The position numbers and the translations under genes are program-made. From IMG/VR virus record IMGVR_UViG_3300036832_001118, positions 1 to 64,000 of that record: a DNA stretch of 64,000 bases; one strand, given 5' to 3'. The stretch comes from a virus. Below are positions 28,466 through 37,600 of this stretch, one piece after another. Under the pieces are notes generated by a model, which was given only the letters and a program-made list of their open reading frames with translations, was not told the DNA's origin and did no database searches. Each line of letters begins with the position of its first letter. The stretch's first letter is position 1.

Positions 28466-29827
28466 ATGGGTCAGATAATAGACCCCAACTCACTGCTGCT
28501 TAAGACCGATCAGCAGCCAGCGAATGTCGCTTTCTTCAACAATCTGATTAGCCAGATGTGTTTTGCCATCAACGGCGTTGGCACTCGCATGGATGGCTAC
28601 GATGCTGCTGAGCAGAACTTGGTCAATCTGGGACTGGCCAACATCAATTCCACGCTGGGTCCCTTCCTCAGCACCCTGCAGCAGGCAGCGCAGTTAGGGT
28701 TCCTGGTGGCGGAGGCGGATGGTGTTACGGCCTCGCTGACTCTGGGGCAGCCATTCGAGCTTGTGCTGACCAGCAATGGCGCCAGCCTGTTCACCCCGAC
28801 CACATGGCTGATGGCCATGGACGTGACCGACAATACCAACTGGGGCGTGCTCCAGCTGGTGAGTTGGGTGCAGGAGGACTTGAACCTCTCCACCACCTGC
28901 ATCTACGCCAGCAAGACCAAGGCATCTGCTTCGTGGCAAGTGTGCTGCGGCAGTGGCGTGCTCAATGCCATGGTCAACGATCTGCAGGCTGCCAACACTG
29001 CGGCGACCAATGCGCAGAACGCGGCCAGCAGCGCGCAGACCAACGCCAATTACGTGCAGAGCGTTGCCACCACAATATCGACGTCTGGCAACGTCATCTC
29101 GGTCGCGGGCAAGGCCGGCACCGTGACGCTGGTCGAGGGTGACATTGCCAACCTGACCTCGGACTTGGCAGCGCGGCCGACCAGCACCTACGTTAACAAT
29201 GCCGTGGCTGGGCTGCAGCCGCGCAGCGCCAACCTCGATCAATTGTCGAGCAGCGCCCTGACCGCGTTCGGCTTCGCGCTGTTCAGCGCCGCTAATTCCG
29301 CCGCCGCCATGACGACACTGGGTGCGGCAGGGTTGATCAGTCCTAGCTTCAGCGGTGTGCCCAAGGCCCCAACCCAGGCACCGGGAGATAACTCAACCAA
29401 CATCAGCACGACGGCATTCGTTGCGGCAGCGCTTACAACAGCGCTGGCCAGTTATCAGACGACAGCTGGCTTGGCTACCGCAGTCGCTGGGTTGACCATT
29501 AACTCGAATCAGATAGCCGCCGCCTTCAATGACCAGACCGCCACCAGCTACACCTTTGCGGCGAGCGACGTTGGTAAGCAGATCACCCTAACCAACAGCG
29601 CCGCCATAACTGCCACCCTACCGAACAACTTGCCCAAGGGCTGGAACTGCTTGGTGTGGCAGGGCGGCGCCGGGCAGGTGACGTTCACAGCTGGCAGCGG
29701 TGCCACGCTAGTCAACCGCCAGAGCAAGACCAAGACCGCCGGGCAGTACGCGATGGTCAGCTTGATGGTGATGAGCAATAGCATTGGCACCAGCGCGGTG
29801 TACGCGCTTGGCGGGGATGCAGCCTGA
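28466..29827 (+). CDS. Tail fibre protein
   Basis: V.SVAGK.G.V.L, SP.FSG.P.APT..GDNST.I.TTAFV fibre repeats; C-terminal TSYT..SD.GK..Q.GAGQVT domain. Confidence 0.85.
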   Translation: MGQIIDPNSLLLKTDQQPANVAFFNNLISQMCFAINGVGTRMDGYDAAEQNLVNLGLANINSTLGPFLSTLQQAAQLGFLVAEADGVTASLTLGQPFELVLTSNGASLFTPTTWLMAMDVTDNTNWGVLQLVSWVQEDLNLSTTCIYASKTKASASWQVCCGSGVLNAMVNDLQAANTAATNAQNAASSAQTNANYVQSVATTISTSGNVISVAGKAGTVTLVEGDIANLTSDLAARPTSTYVNNAVAGLQPRSANLDQLSSSALTAFGFALFSAANSAAAMTTLGAAGLISPSFSGVPKAPTQAPGDNSTNISTTAFVAAALTTALASYQTTAGLATAVAGLTINSNQIAAAFNDQTATSYTFAASDVGKQITLTNSAAITATLPNNLPKGWNCLVWQGGAGQVTFTAGSGATLVNRQSKTKTAGQYAMVSLMVMSNSIGTSAVYALGGDAA

Positions 29828-30531
29828 TGCTGATGGTGCCAAGCACGCGCGGGTTCGTCGGCGCTGTACCGCTGCCGCCCTCAGCGCTTGACCCAAATTT
29901 TAGCGTGCCGGCGATAACGCTGAGCAACAACAACTTGACCGCCATCGGCAACTCGACGACCAGCTCCGGCTCGGTGCTCGGTACCCAAGGGGCGGCCAGC
30001 GGCAAGCGCTACTTCGAGGCAACCTTCGATATCCTGGCCACTACTCCAAATGGGCTGGGGTCATTCGTCGGCGTGGTCAACACCTACTTCACGCGCCTAG
30101 CATATCCGGCAGGACTGAACCTGACTTTTATGTATCCCGGCACCGACAGTTATAGCTGGGGCTTCGGCCAATACCAGGGAAATTACATGGCCCAGCTGAT
30201 TGGCGGAACTCCAAGTGGTACAGCGTTTTCTGGGAGTAATGGTGCCGTCGCGATGGTCGCCGTCGACCTCGACGCGGGTCATCTTTGGTTCGGCATGAAT
30301 GGAGCCTGGTGTCAGGGTAGTCCGCTTGGAACAGTCGATTTTAGCATTCCTCCAGGGGGATCGTTAGGGGGAGCGTTGTGGCCCGCGGTCTTTGTGACCG
30401 CGAACCCGAACTTTACCCAGGTCACCTTCAACCCTGGCTACGGGCCGTTCCAATACGGGCCGCCCAGCGGCTTCATAGCCTGGGGCGCGGGCGACGGCAC
30501 CGGGGCATTTGTTAGCACAAGTCCCCGTTAA
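29827..30531 (+). CDS. SPRY/B30.2-like domain tail protein
   Basis: LSNNNLTA, SGKRYFE, VAVDLDAG.LWFG.NG.W, F.Y.PPSGF.AW. Confidence 0.75.
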   Translation: MLMVPSTRGFVGAVPLPPSALDPNFSVPAITLSNNNLTAIGNSTTSSGSVLGTQGAASGKRYFEATFDILATTPNGLGSFVGVVNTYFTRLAYPAGLNLTFMYPGTDSYSWGFGQYQGNYMAQLIGGTPSGTAFSGSNGAVAMVAVDLDAGHLWFGMNGAWCQGSPLGTVDFSIPPGGSLGGALWPAVFVTANPNFTQVTFNPGYGPFQYGPPSGFIAWGAGDGTGAFVSTSPR

Positions 30532-30564
30532 TGATGTCCGCAATGAAACATCACAGGATAGAAA

Positions 30565-30801
30565 ATGCCCATCCAAATCAACAACCAAACACTTGAGCTG
30601 GATGGCATCCAAAGCATCCTCGTCAGCGACATTCAGCCCGACACCGACACCGACTACTTTGTCCGCATTCTCACCTTCTTTAGCGATCCAATATCCACAA
30701 CCAATCGCGCGCCGTTGTTAACACTGAAACTCTATGGCGGAAGCCAGTCCACCAACGACAAGTCTGAATTAGAAATCCAAACTCCGTCTCTGGAGTTTTA
30801 G
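30565..30801 (+). CDS. Small hypothetical protein
   Basis: ORF with AGGA RBS. Confidence 0.65.
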   Translation: MPIQINNQTLELDGIQSILVSDIQPDTDTDYFVRILTFFSDPISTTNRAPLLTLKLYGGSQSTNDKSELEIQTPSLEF

Positions 30802-30851
30802 TTCACCGAGCCTCCCTGGACCTGGATCCCTATCCCTCACAGGTCCCACCT

Positions 30852-30885
30852 GGCCGGCAGCTCGCGCTGTCGGCCTTTTTGTTTT
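30852..30885 (+). terminator. Intrinsic terminator before the sheath gene
   Basis: GGCCGGCAGC/GCTGTCGGCC stem followed by TTTTTGTTTT. Confidence 0.75.
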
Positions 30886-30907
30886 CCTGCACCGAAGGAG
30901 CAGCAAC

Positions 30908-32803
30908 ATGTCTCAGCCCTATTTCGGCCTACAGTTTATCCAACTCGACGACCAGCCGATTCCGGTGCTGGGTGCCAATATGGATGTGATTGGAATTATT
31001 GGACCGTGCAGCACGGCCGATAATACCGTGTTTCCCCTCAACACCCCCGTCCTCGTCTACTCGAACGATACCGATACCCTACAATCGCTTGGGAGTGACG
31101 GATACATCCAAGATGCCATCAACGGCATCAATGCGCAGTTGGCTGACTTCCAGGTCGCGGCGCAACTCGTGATCGTCGTCACGCCGTATGGAACGGCCGC
31201 GGACCTCAACATCAAGACGCAGCAGACGATTGCCAACATCATGGGCAACAGCGTCATGCGCACTGGTGTGTGGGCATTCACTAACGCGGCCAATATGCTG
31301 TACTGCACGCCGCGCCTGATCATCGCCCCCGGCTATACTGGTCAGATGGCCAACAGTTTGAACACGCTGTTCGTCAACACGGTTGGTATCGGCTACGTCC
31401 CCTATGGGACCTATCAGATCCAGTTCGCGCCGGGTGTGGGCGAACTCAATGGAGCGACGTTGGTTCTTCCCACCGCGCATGCGGTGGCGGAGGCGGATGG
31501 CTCGATCCATGAGCAGGATATCTTCATTGATAGCTGGGGGGCCTGGTTCACATCGGCGCCGACCGCAACCATTGTGACGCCCGACGGGCCGCCGGTCGTG
31601 GCGCAGCGTGCTTCGGGCAGCATGATCTTCAATCAGAACCCCGGCATCGGTTCGACCATCACGCTCGGCGGAACGACCGTGACGTTTGTCTCCGGCACGC
31701 CGACCGGCAATCAGGTGCAGATCGGCGCCAACCTGTCGATCACGCTGAACAATTTGCTGACGATGCTCAACGCCAGCGCCGACACCAACATCAGGATCTG
31801 TCAGCCGTATACGCTGAGCACCAACCAGCTGTTGTTCATCGCGACTGCCGCGGGGGCAGCCGGCAACGGCTTCACGCTTTCCGGGACGGTCACTGGGCTC
31901 TCGATCTCTGGGCCACACCTGACGGGCGGTCAAGATGCAATGGCCTCGGTCCGGTGCACGATGACGGCGACGGTCGCGCTCGGTGCCAACCCGGTCTGCG
32001 CAGCGCTCGGCGGCGGCGTGCTCGATAATCTGATCGGGCAAGCGATTGTTGAGAGTGCCGGCACCTCGCAAATCCAGGACGAGAACTGGCGCACCACGAT
32101 GAACAATCAAAGGGTCATTGCGGTCAGCGGTGGGGTGAAGATCCAGGATCCCGTGTCAGGCAACATCATCGTGGTGCCGCGAGCTGGTCGTGAGGCTGGC
32201 CTTGCTGTGGCACGTGACTTTGCCACCGGCGCGCCGTTCCACTCCTGGGCCAACCAGCCCATCCAGGGCATCGTCGGGCCCGCCCGCACGGTCGAGTTCT
32301 CACTGACTGATCCGGCCTGTGAGGGGCAGCAACTGCTTGCCGCCAATATCGGCATCATCGCCCGCGGTTTGATTGGTGTGGAAACGGCGGTCAGTTCCGG
32401 CGGGTTCATCTCGATCACGTTGGACAACACAGGGGATGATCCTCTGTGGCAAATGATTAACGTAAAACGCGGCAGAGACTTCATTCACCTCAGTCTCATG
32501 CCAGTGTTGCGGACCTACCTCGGGCGCTCCAATATTGATCGGCAGACGGTAACTAATGTTATCACCACGATCAATGACTTCCTGTTCACCCTGAAGGCGC
32601 GCCAGCAAATCATCGACGGCAAGGCGTCATTCAACGGCAGCTTCAACACCGCAGGCGAAATCCGGCTCGGTCACCTGACCGTTGGGTTCTCCGCCGAAGA
32701 AGCGCCGGTGCTCAAACTGATCACGACCATGTCGTCTCGGTACAAACCTGCGATAGATCAAATGGTCGCACAGCTAGAGCAACAGCTAAATATCTCGGCC
32801 TAA
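30908..32803 (+). CDS. Contractile tail sheath protein (P2 FI-like) with an inserted domain
   Basis: VIGIIG...AD..FPLNTPVL, PRLIIAPG, PFHSWANQ...GI.G..R, INV.R..D, G.L.V....E...L. Confidence 0.9.
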   Translation: MSQPYFGLQFIQLDDQPIPVLGANMDVIGIIGPCSTADNTVFPLNTPVLVYSNDTDTLQSLGSDGYIQDAINGINAQLADFQVAAQLVIVVTPYGTAADLNIKTQQTIANIMGNSVMRTGVWAFTNAANMLYCTPRLIIAPGYTGQMANSLNTLFVNTVGIGYVPYGTYQIQFAPGVGELNGATLVLPTAHAVAEADGSIHEQDIFIDSWGAWFTSAPTATIVTPDGPPVVAQRASGSMIFNQNPGIGSTITLGGTTVTFVSGTPTGNQVQIGANLSITLNNLLTMLNASADTNIRICQPYTLSTNQLLFIATAAGAAGNGFTLSGTVTGLSISGPHLTGGQDAMASVRCTMTATVALGANPVCAALGGGVLDNLIGQAIVESAGTSQIQDENWRTTMNNQRVIAVSGGVKIQDPVSGNIIVVPRAGREAGLAVARDFATGAPFHSWANQPIQGIVGPARTVEFSLTDPACEGQQLLAANIGIIARGLIGVETAVSSGGFISITLDNTGDDPLWQMINVKRGRDFIHLSLMPVLRTYLGRSNIDRQTVTNVITTINDFLFTLKARQQIIDGKASFNGSFNTAGEIRLGHLTVGFSAEEAPVLKLITTMSSRYKPAIDQMVAQLEQQLNISA

Positions 32804-32892
32804 ATCCGAAGGAAGTCGGAAGTACTGGCATAAAAATCTGATATCCGCTATGGTGGTGCCTGCCACTCGGCATCATCATAGCGGAGGGAAAC

Positions 32893-33402
32893 GTGAGCCA
32901 TATCATAGGCTTAATAGGAGAGCGCTTCGGGCGTCTATTGGTCATTGCCAGGGGCCCAAGCACTAAAGTTAACGGTTTTGCTTGTTGGGCTTGTCAGTGC
33001 GATTGCGGCAAGGTCACGGTCGTTAGCGGCATTAACCTACGGAATGGTCAGACCCGCTCCTGTGGATGTCTTAGGAAAGAAATGCTTGACGCCGGATTAC
33101 ATGTCACTCACGGGAATCGTCGCGGCCGTAAATCAACGCCAGAATATCAAACTTGGCTTGAGATGATGCGCCGTTGTTACAATCCGAACTTCATTGGTTT
33201 CAAAGATTACGGGGGTCGAGGTATTCGAGTTTGCAGAAAGTGGCGCCGGTCATTTGAGGCGTTTCTTGCTGATGTAGATAGGCGCCCGTCGCCTGAATAC
33301 TCGATAGATCGTATCAACAACAACGGAAATTACGAGCCCGGCAACGTGCGTTGGGCTACGCGTAAAGAACAAGCAAACAATAGACGACCGCGGACAAAGT
33401 AA
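32893..33402 (+). CDS. HNH-type homing endonuclease with an N-terminal CxCDCG domain
   Basis: GERFGRL.V, W.C.CDCG, SCGC, YGGRGI.VC..W, SIDRINNNGNYEPGNVRWAT; lower GC; inserted between sheath and tube. Confidence 0.9.
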   Translation: MSHIIGLIGERFGRLLVIARGPSTKVNGFACWACQCDCGKVTVVSGINLRNGQTRSCGCLRKEMLDAGLHVTHGNRRGRKSTPEYQTWLEMMRRCYNPNFIGFKDYGGRGIRVCRKWRRSFEAFLADVDRRPSPEYSIDRINNNGNYEPGNVRWATRKEQANNRRPRTK

Positions 33403-33450
33403 CGCGGCGGCGACGAAGTTCGCCTGAATCAACCAAACACACCGTTTCCG

Positions 33451-33477
33451 AAACCCGGCCTTCGCGCCGGGTTTTTT
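33451..33477 (+). terminator. Intrinsic terminator
   Basis: AAACCCGGC/GCCGGGTTT stem plus T run. Confidence 0.8.
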
Positions 33478-33528
33478 GTTGCCCGGAACACACTTCAAGC
33501 GGCCATACAAGAGCAGGAGTACTTCAAG

Positions 33529-34119
33529 ATGGCTAACCCAGTTTGGACTTTGGAAGATGCGAACATGTTCTGCGGTGTCGGTCCCACCGACAACACGGCC
33601 AGCAACCATCTGGTGCTGACCGAAGTAAAGCTCCCTGGCCTCGACATGCAGTACGTCGACCATCGCGCTGGTGGCGCGCCGATTGCGATCGAAGTCAGCA
33701 CAGTGATCGCCCGGCTTGAGTGCACGTTCGTCTGCGTCGGGCTGCAGGATCAGATCATCAAGCTGATAGGCAGTTGGAACAACACCATGAACTGGTTCTG
33801 GATCTATGGTGTGATCCGCGACCAAGGTAATGGCACGGCAGCTCAGGCGGCCGCGGCGATCAAAGGTCAGCTTGGCCGTGCCGATCCGCAGAACTATCGA
33901 CGTGGCGATCTAATGCACACGAACTACGCCATTCGCGGCATTACGCACTACGAATTCAACATCGCGGGCGCGAATGTGGTGCTCTGGGATTATATGTCCA
34001 ACACCAGGATCATTGGCGACGTCGATCAGAACCGGGTCATCAATACCTTCCTCAACACCGCGGCAGTGACAGCGGCCCCGGCGATCTCGACCGTGTTCCC
34101 ATTCCAGCCGGGTGAATAA
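33529..34119 (+). CDS. Major tail tube protein (P2 FII-like)
   Basis: E.KLP.L....HRAGG, I.G.LG..DP..Y.RG, HYE, D...N..I.GD. Confidence 0.88.
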   Translation: MANPVWTLEDANMFCGVGPTDNTASNHLVLTEVKLPGLDMQYVDHRAGGAPIAIEVSTVIARLECTFVCVGLQDQIIKLIGSWNNTMNWFWIYGVIRDQGNGTAAQAAAAIKGQLGRADPQNYRRGDLMHTNYAIRGITHYEFNIAGANVVLWDYMSNTRIIGDVDQNRVINTFLNTAAVTAAPAISTVFPFQPGE

Positions 34120-34653
34120 ATGAAAGCGTGGGCTATGCGCAACGACGGCACGTTCGTCGTTGAACTCTACACGCCGCTCAAGCATCAAAATCGGGAGATC
34201 GAATACATCGTCATTCAAGCTCCGCGCTACGAGCATTCCATCCGTTGGAACCGCGGTGAGATCCCATCAGGCTTTGCCCTGTTGGCGGAACTCACCAACT
34301 TGCCAGAGCGATTGCTGCGTCAGGTGACCAATCCAGATATCGACCGCATCACCTTTGCGCTGTTCGCGCAGGCGAAGTTCGCGCAGACGGACGTGTTTGA
34401 GGGCAAGATCCCGCTCGCCACGCCGGATGAGCAGCTACCCGAAGACATGGAAACGCCAATAGTCGATCAGGTTGATCCGCGCTTCCCGCACGTTGAAGGA
34501 CCGATCAAACGCTTCCCAGCCCCGCCGGTCACACAAGTTCCCGGCGCGGCGCCACAACCCGGAGCAGCACCTGCGTCGCCAGCACCCGCAGCGCCAGCAG
34601 AGAATTTCGATCTTGGCTTTAGCGGGCCAGAAGCGATGAAGGCGGTTAGCTAA
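34120..34653 (+). CDS. Tail assembly chaperone
   Basis: VEL.TPL....I.YI, LLAELT.LP......PD..R; lies between the tube and tape measure genes. Confidence 0.75.
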   Translation: MKAWAMRNDGTFVVELYTPLKHQNREIEYIVIQAPRYEHSIRWNRGEIPSGFALLAELTNLPERLLRQVTNPDIDRITFALFAQAKFAQTDVFEGKIPLATPDEQLPEDMETPIVDQVDPRFPHVEGPIKRFPAPPVTQVPGAAPQPGAAPASPAPAAPAENFDLGFSGPEAMKAVS

Positions 34654-37600
34654 ATGGACGACATCCTCGCCAGCGCTCAAGTTGTTTTGGAAGGCGTTGA
34701 CAAAGTCAGTCCTGCTGCGACCTCGAGTATAGACGCGCTCAAACGGCTCGCCGCGACTGGCGCTGATGTACAACGGCAGCTGATCAATGCCGCACAGAAC
34801 CATCAGCAAACGCTGCAAGTCCTTAATAAAATTTATGCGCAGAACCAGCAGGCGGCACAAGCCGCGGGTACGGGAGCGACCCAAGCCGCCAATGCAGCAT
34901 CTCAGGCGGTTCAGAAGCATACGCAAACGGTCCAACAAGTACCTCCCGCACTTAATGCGGCGGGACGTGCCGCCAATCAGCTGCAGAAACAACTGACGGA
35001 TGCGTTCTCGGTCTATGCGATTGAGGAGTTCATTCGCAAGTCTTACATGGCTTTCACCAGCCAAGAATTGGCGATGCGTAGAGTTCAACTCGCCGCTGGC
35101 GGCACGACAGAGGAGATCAACAAGGTACACCGGGGACTGCACGATATAGCCACCGAAACTAACCAAGCGACCGAGAATATGGCCAAGGCGTTTCGCGACT
35201 TTCAGGCCCGATCCGGGCTGGGCTATGGTGAGGCAGTAAAGGCGTTTAGGGCCGTGGCTGATGCCGCTGATTTGGCTGGCGTCCACGTTGACGCGATGTC
35301 GCGCGTTGCCACGGCGGCGATGGCGCAGTTGAACATCAACGACAAGGAATTGTCGCAGCTCATGGGAGCTTTTGGCAAAGCCTTCGCCGGAATGGGCAGT
35401 GAAGCTTTGCATGTCATGCCGAATATCATTGCCTTGATGCAGCGGCTTCATATCACCGGAAAGGATGCGCTTGAAGGAGTTGCTGCTGCTATCCAGGCTA
35501 CAGGCAAGCTACAGGGCTCAGCTGAGGGGGCCGCGCGCGGGTATCAGGCCATCGTCGACCTGGCGTCTCGTCCAGATACTAGGCTGGGTTATGTACTTCA
35601 AGACAAAGTTCAAGCCGTTGCGGATCATATTGGCGACACTACCGATTTATACGCGGCTGCCCTTGAGAAGATGCGAGAGGAATGGAAGAAGACTGGCGGC
35701 AATTTTCGCAGCGAGATGATGCAATTGAATTTAATGTTTGAGGGCAACCAAGACGCAATACAAACGGCCCGAGCTGCCATGAAGTTATCCGATGAGGAAT
35801 TTAAAAAATACATTCAAGACTTGAAGGAAAAAATGGCGACAGAAAAAGAAGCCGCAAAGCTACATGAAGAGACCATGAGAGGAGCAATCGACGGAACGCG
35901 TAAGCTCATTGGCGCCTGGAATGATTTGGAACTTTCGATCGGCGGGCTCCTGGATAAGCTGGGCGCAACCGACAGTCTGAATAGTACCGTCACTGATTTG
36001 AAGAAGCTCACGGAATTGCTTGAGTGGCTAGATAAGTTCATGAAAGAGCATATGAGTATGGGAGGGCTCGGCGGTGTAACAAGTGGATTTGGTCTCGGGA
36101 CGCGGTTTCGCGAGCATATTTTAAGTCTTCCTCCCGCCTTCAGCATGGGCACCCCGGCGCCGCCGAGAATGCAATCTGGCGGCGTTGTCACTGAACCAAC
36201 CGTCGCAATGATCGGCGAGGCTGGGCCCGAAGCGGTCGTGCCGCTCGGCGGTGGTGGCGCTGATATGCGTGGCGCTGACGGCGGCACTCAAGCCGAGCGT
36301 GAGGCGGCCGAGATGTGGGGACGTCTGCATGGTCTGGCCGGAGCGCGCCACAAGCACGTCGATCTGAAGGGCCAACTCAGCCAAGAGGAATTGGACAAGA
36401 TCCTGCAAGCTGAGGGAGGTGGCGGCCCTGGTGGTGGCGGCCGTGACACCGGGTGGGGACCGGGGAGTGGACGCGGGGGAACCAGAGGGGACGGCACCTC
36501 TCGTGGTGACGGCAGAACTGACGACAATAGAACTTCCGATGTGAAGCCGCCTCCAGCGGCAGCGCCACTGCCAACGCAAGGCGCGGCTGGCATCCCTGGG
36601 TTACCCGGCAGCCCATCCGGTCCAGCGCTGACGCCTGAAGAGCGCAAAGCGGCGGGGGCGCCGAGCGGTGGAACAGGAGGAGAATTTCAAGCCGGTGGAA
36701 AGTACTCAAAATCACAGCAGGCGGCCATCAATGCCGTTGTAAATGAATGGCGCAAGGCTGGAATGTCTGATGTTGGCATTGCAGGTGTTCTTGCCAACAT
36801 TCGTGAGGAATCTACATTTGATCCAACTTTGCGACATCCCGATCAGCCAAAATACGGCGGTGAAGCGCATTTTGCGCATGGCTTGTATCAGGAAGGCGGC
36901 GCTGAATGGAATAACTACGTAAGTTGGATGCAGCGGAATTATCCAAAAGGCGATTGGCGTGATCCGAAATTGCAAAGTGAATTTGCTGCTAAGAATTTGC
37001 GCGAAGGGATAGGCGACGCGCGTTATAAGGCAGTTTGGGAAAGGATGAAAAATGCCAAGACGCCAGCGGAAGCAGCAGCGGCTTATGTTGAAGGTTATTT
37101 GAAACCTGCCGCAAAATATCGAGAAAAACGCGTTCGTGAGTTCAGGGCCGGTGGCGCTCCCGGTTTAGAGACATATGGAACCGGAACTGGTGGCCCCGCT
37201 GAGATAGCGCGACCCGACTTGCCGCCGATAGGTCAGGTCGCCGGGCTGCCGGGTGGGCCGTCTGGTCCGAGCCTGACGCCGGAACAAAGGAAAGCGGCTG
37301 CGACTGGTGGCGGTGGGGGCGGCGGCGAGGGTGGTGGCAGTGTGATCTCTCCATTCCCAGGCGCTCATGGGTTTGGAATCGGGTCTAGCAATGTTTATGG
37401 AGCAGGCAGAAGCGGAGGGCGCCGAGCGCATTCAGGTAATGATCTTCATGCCGGTGATAGTCCGGGGTCGACTCCGAATGGCACGCCTGTAGTGTCAATG
37501 ACTGGTGGTACGGTTCTCTACAACGGCAGGAATTCGGGATATGGAGCAAATATTGTCATCAGGGGCGATGACGGCATTATTCGTAGATACGCAGTTCATG

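Noticed and set aside
34120-34653. Programmed frameshift in the tail chaperone (G/GT type)
   Set aside because: No clear slippery site, and TMP1 starts immediately after the stop, leaving no room for an extension.
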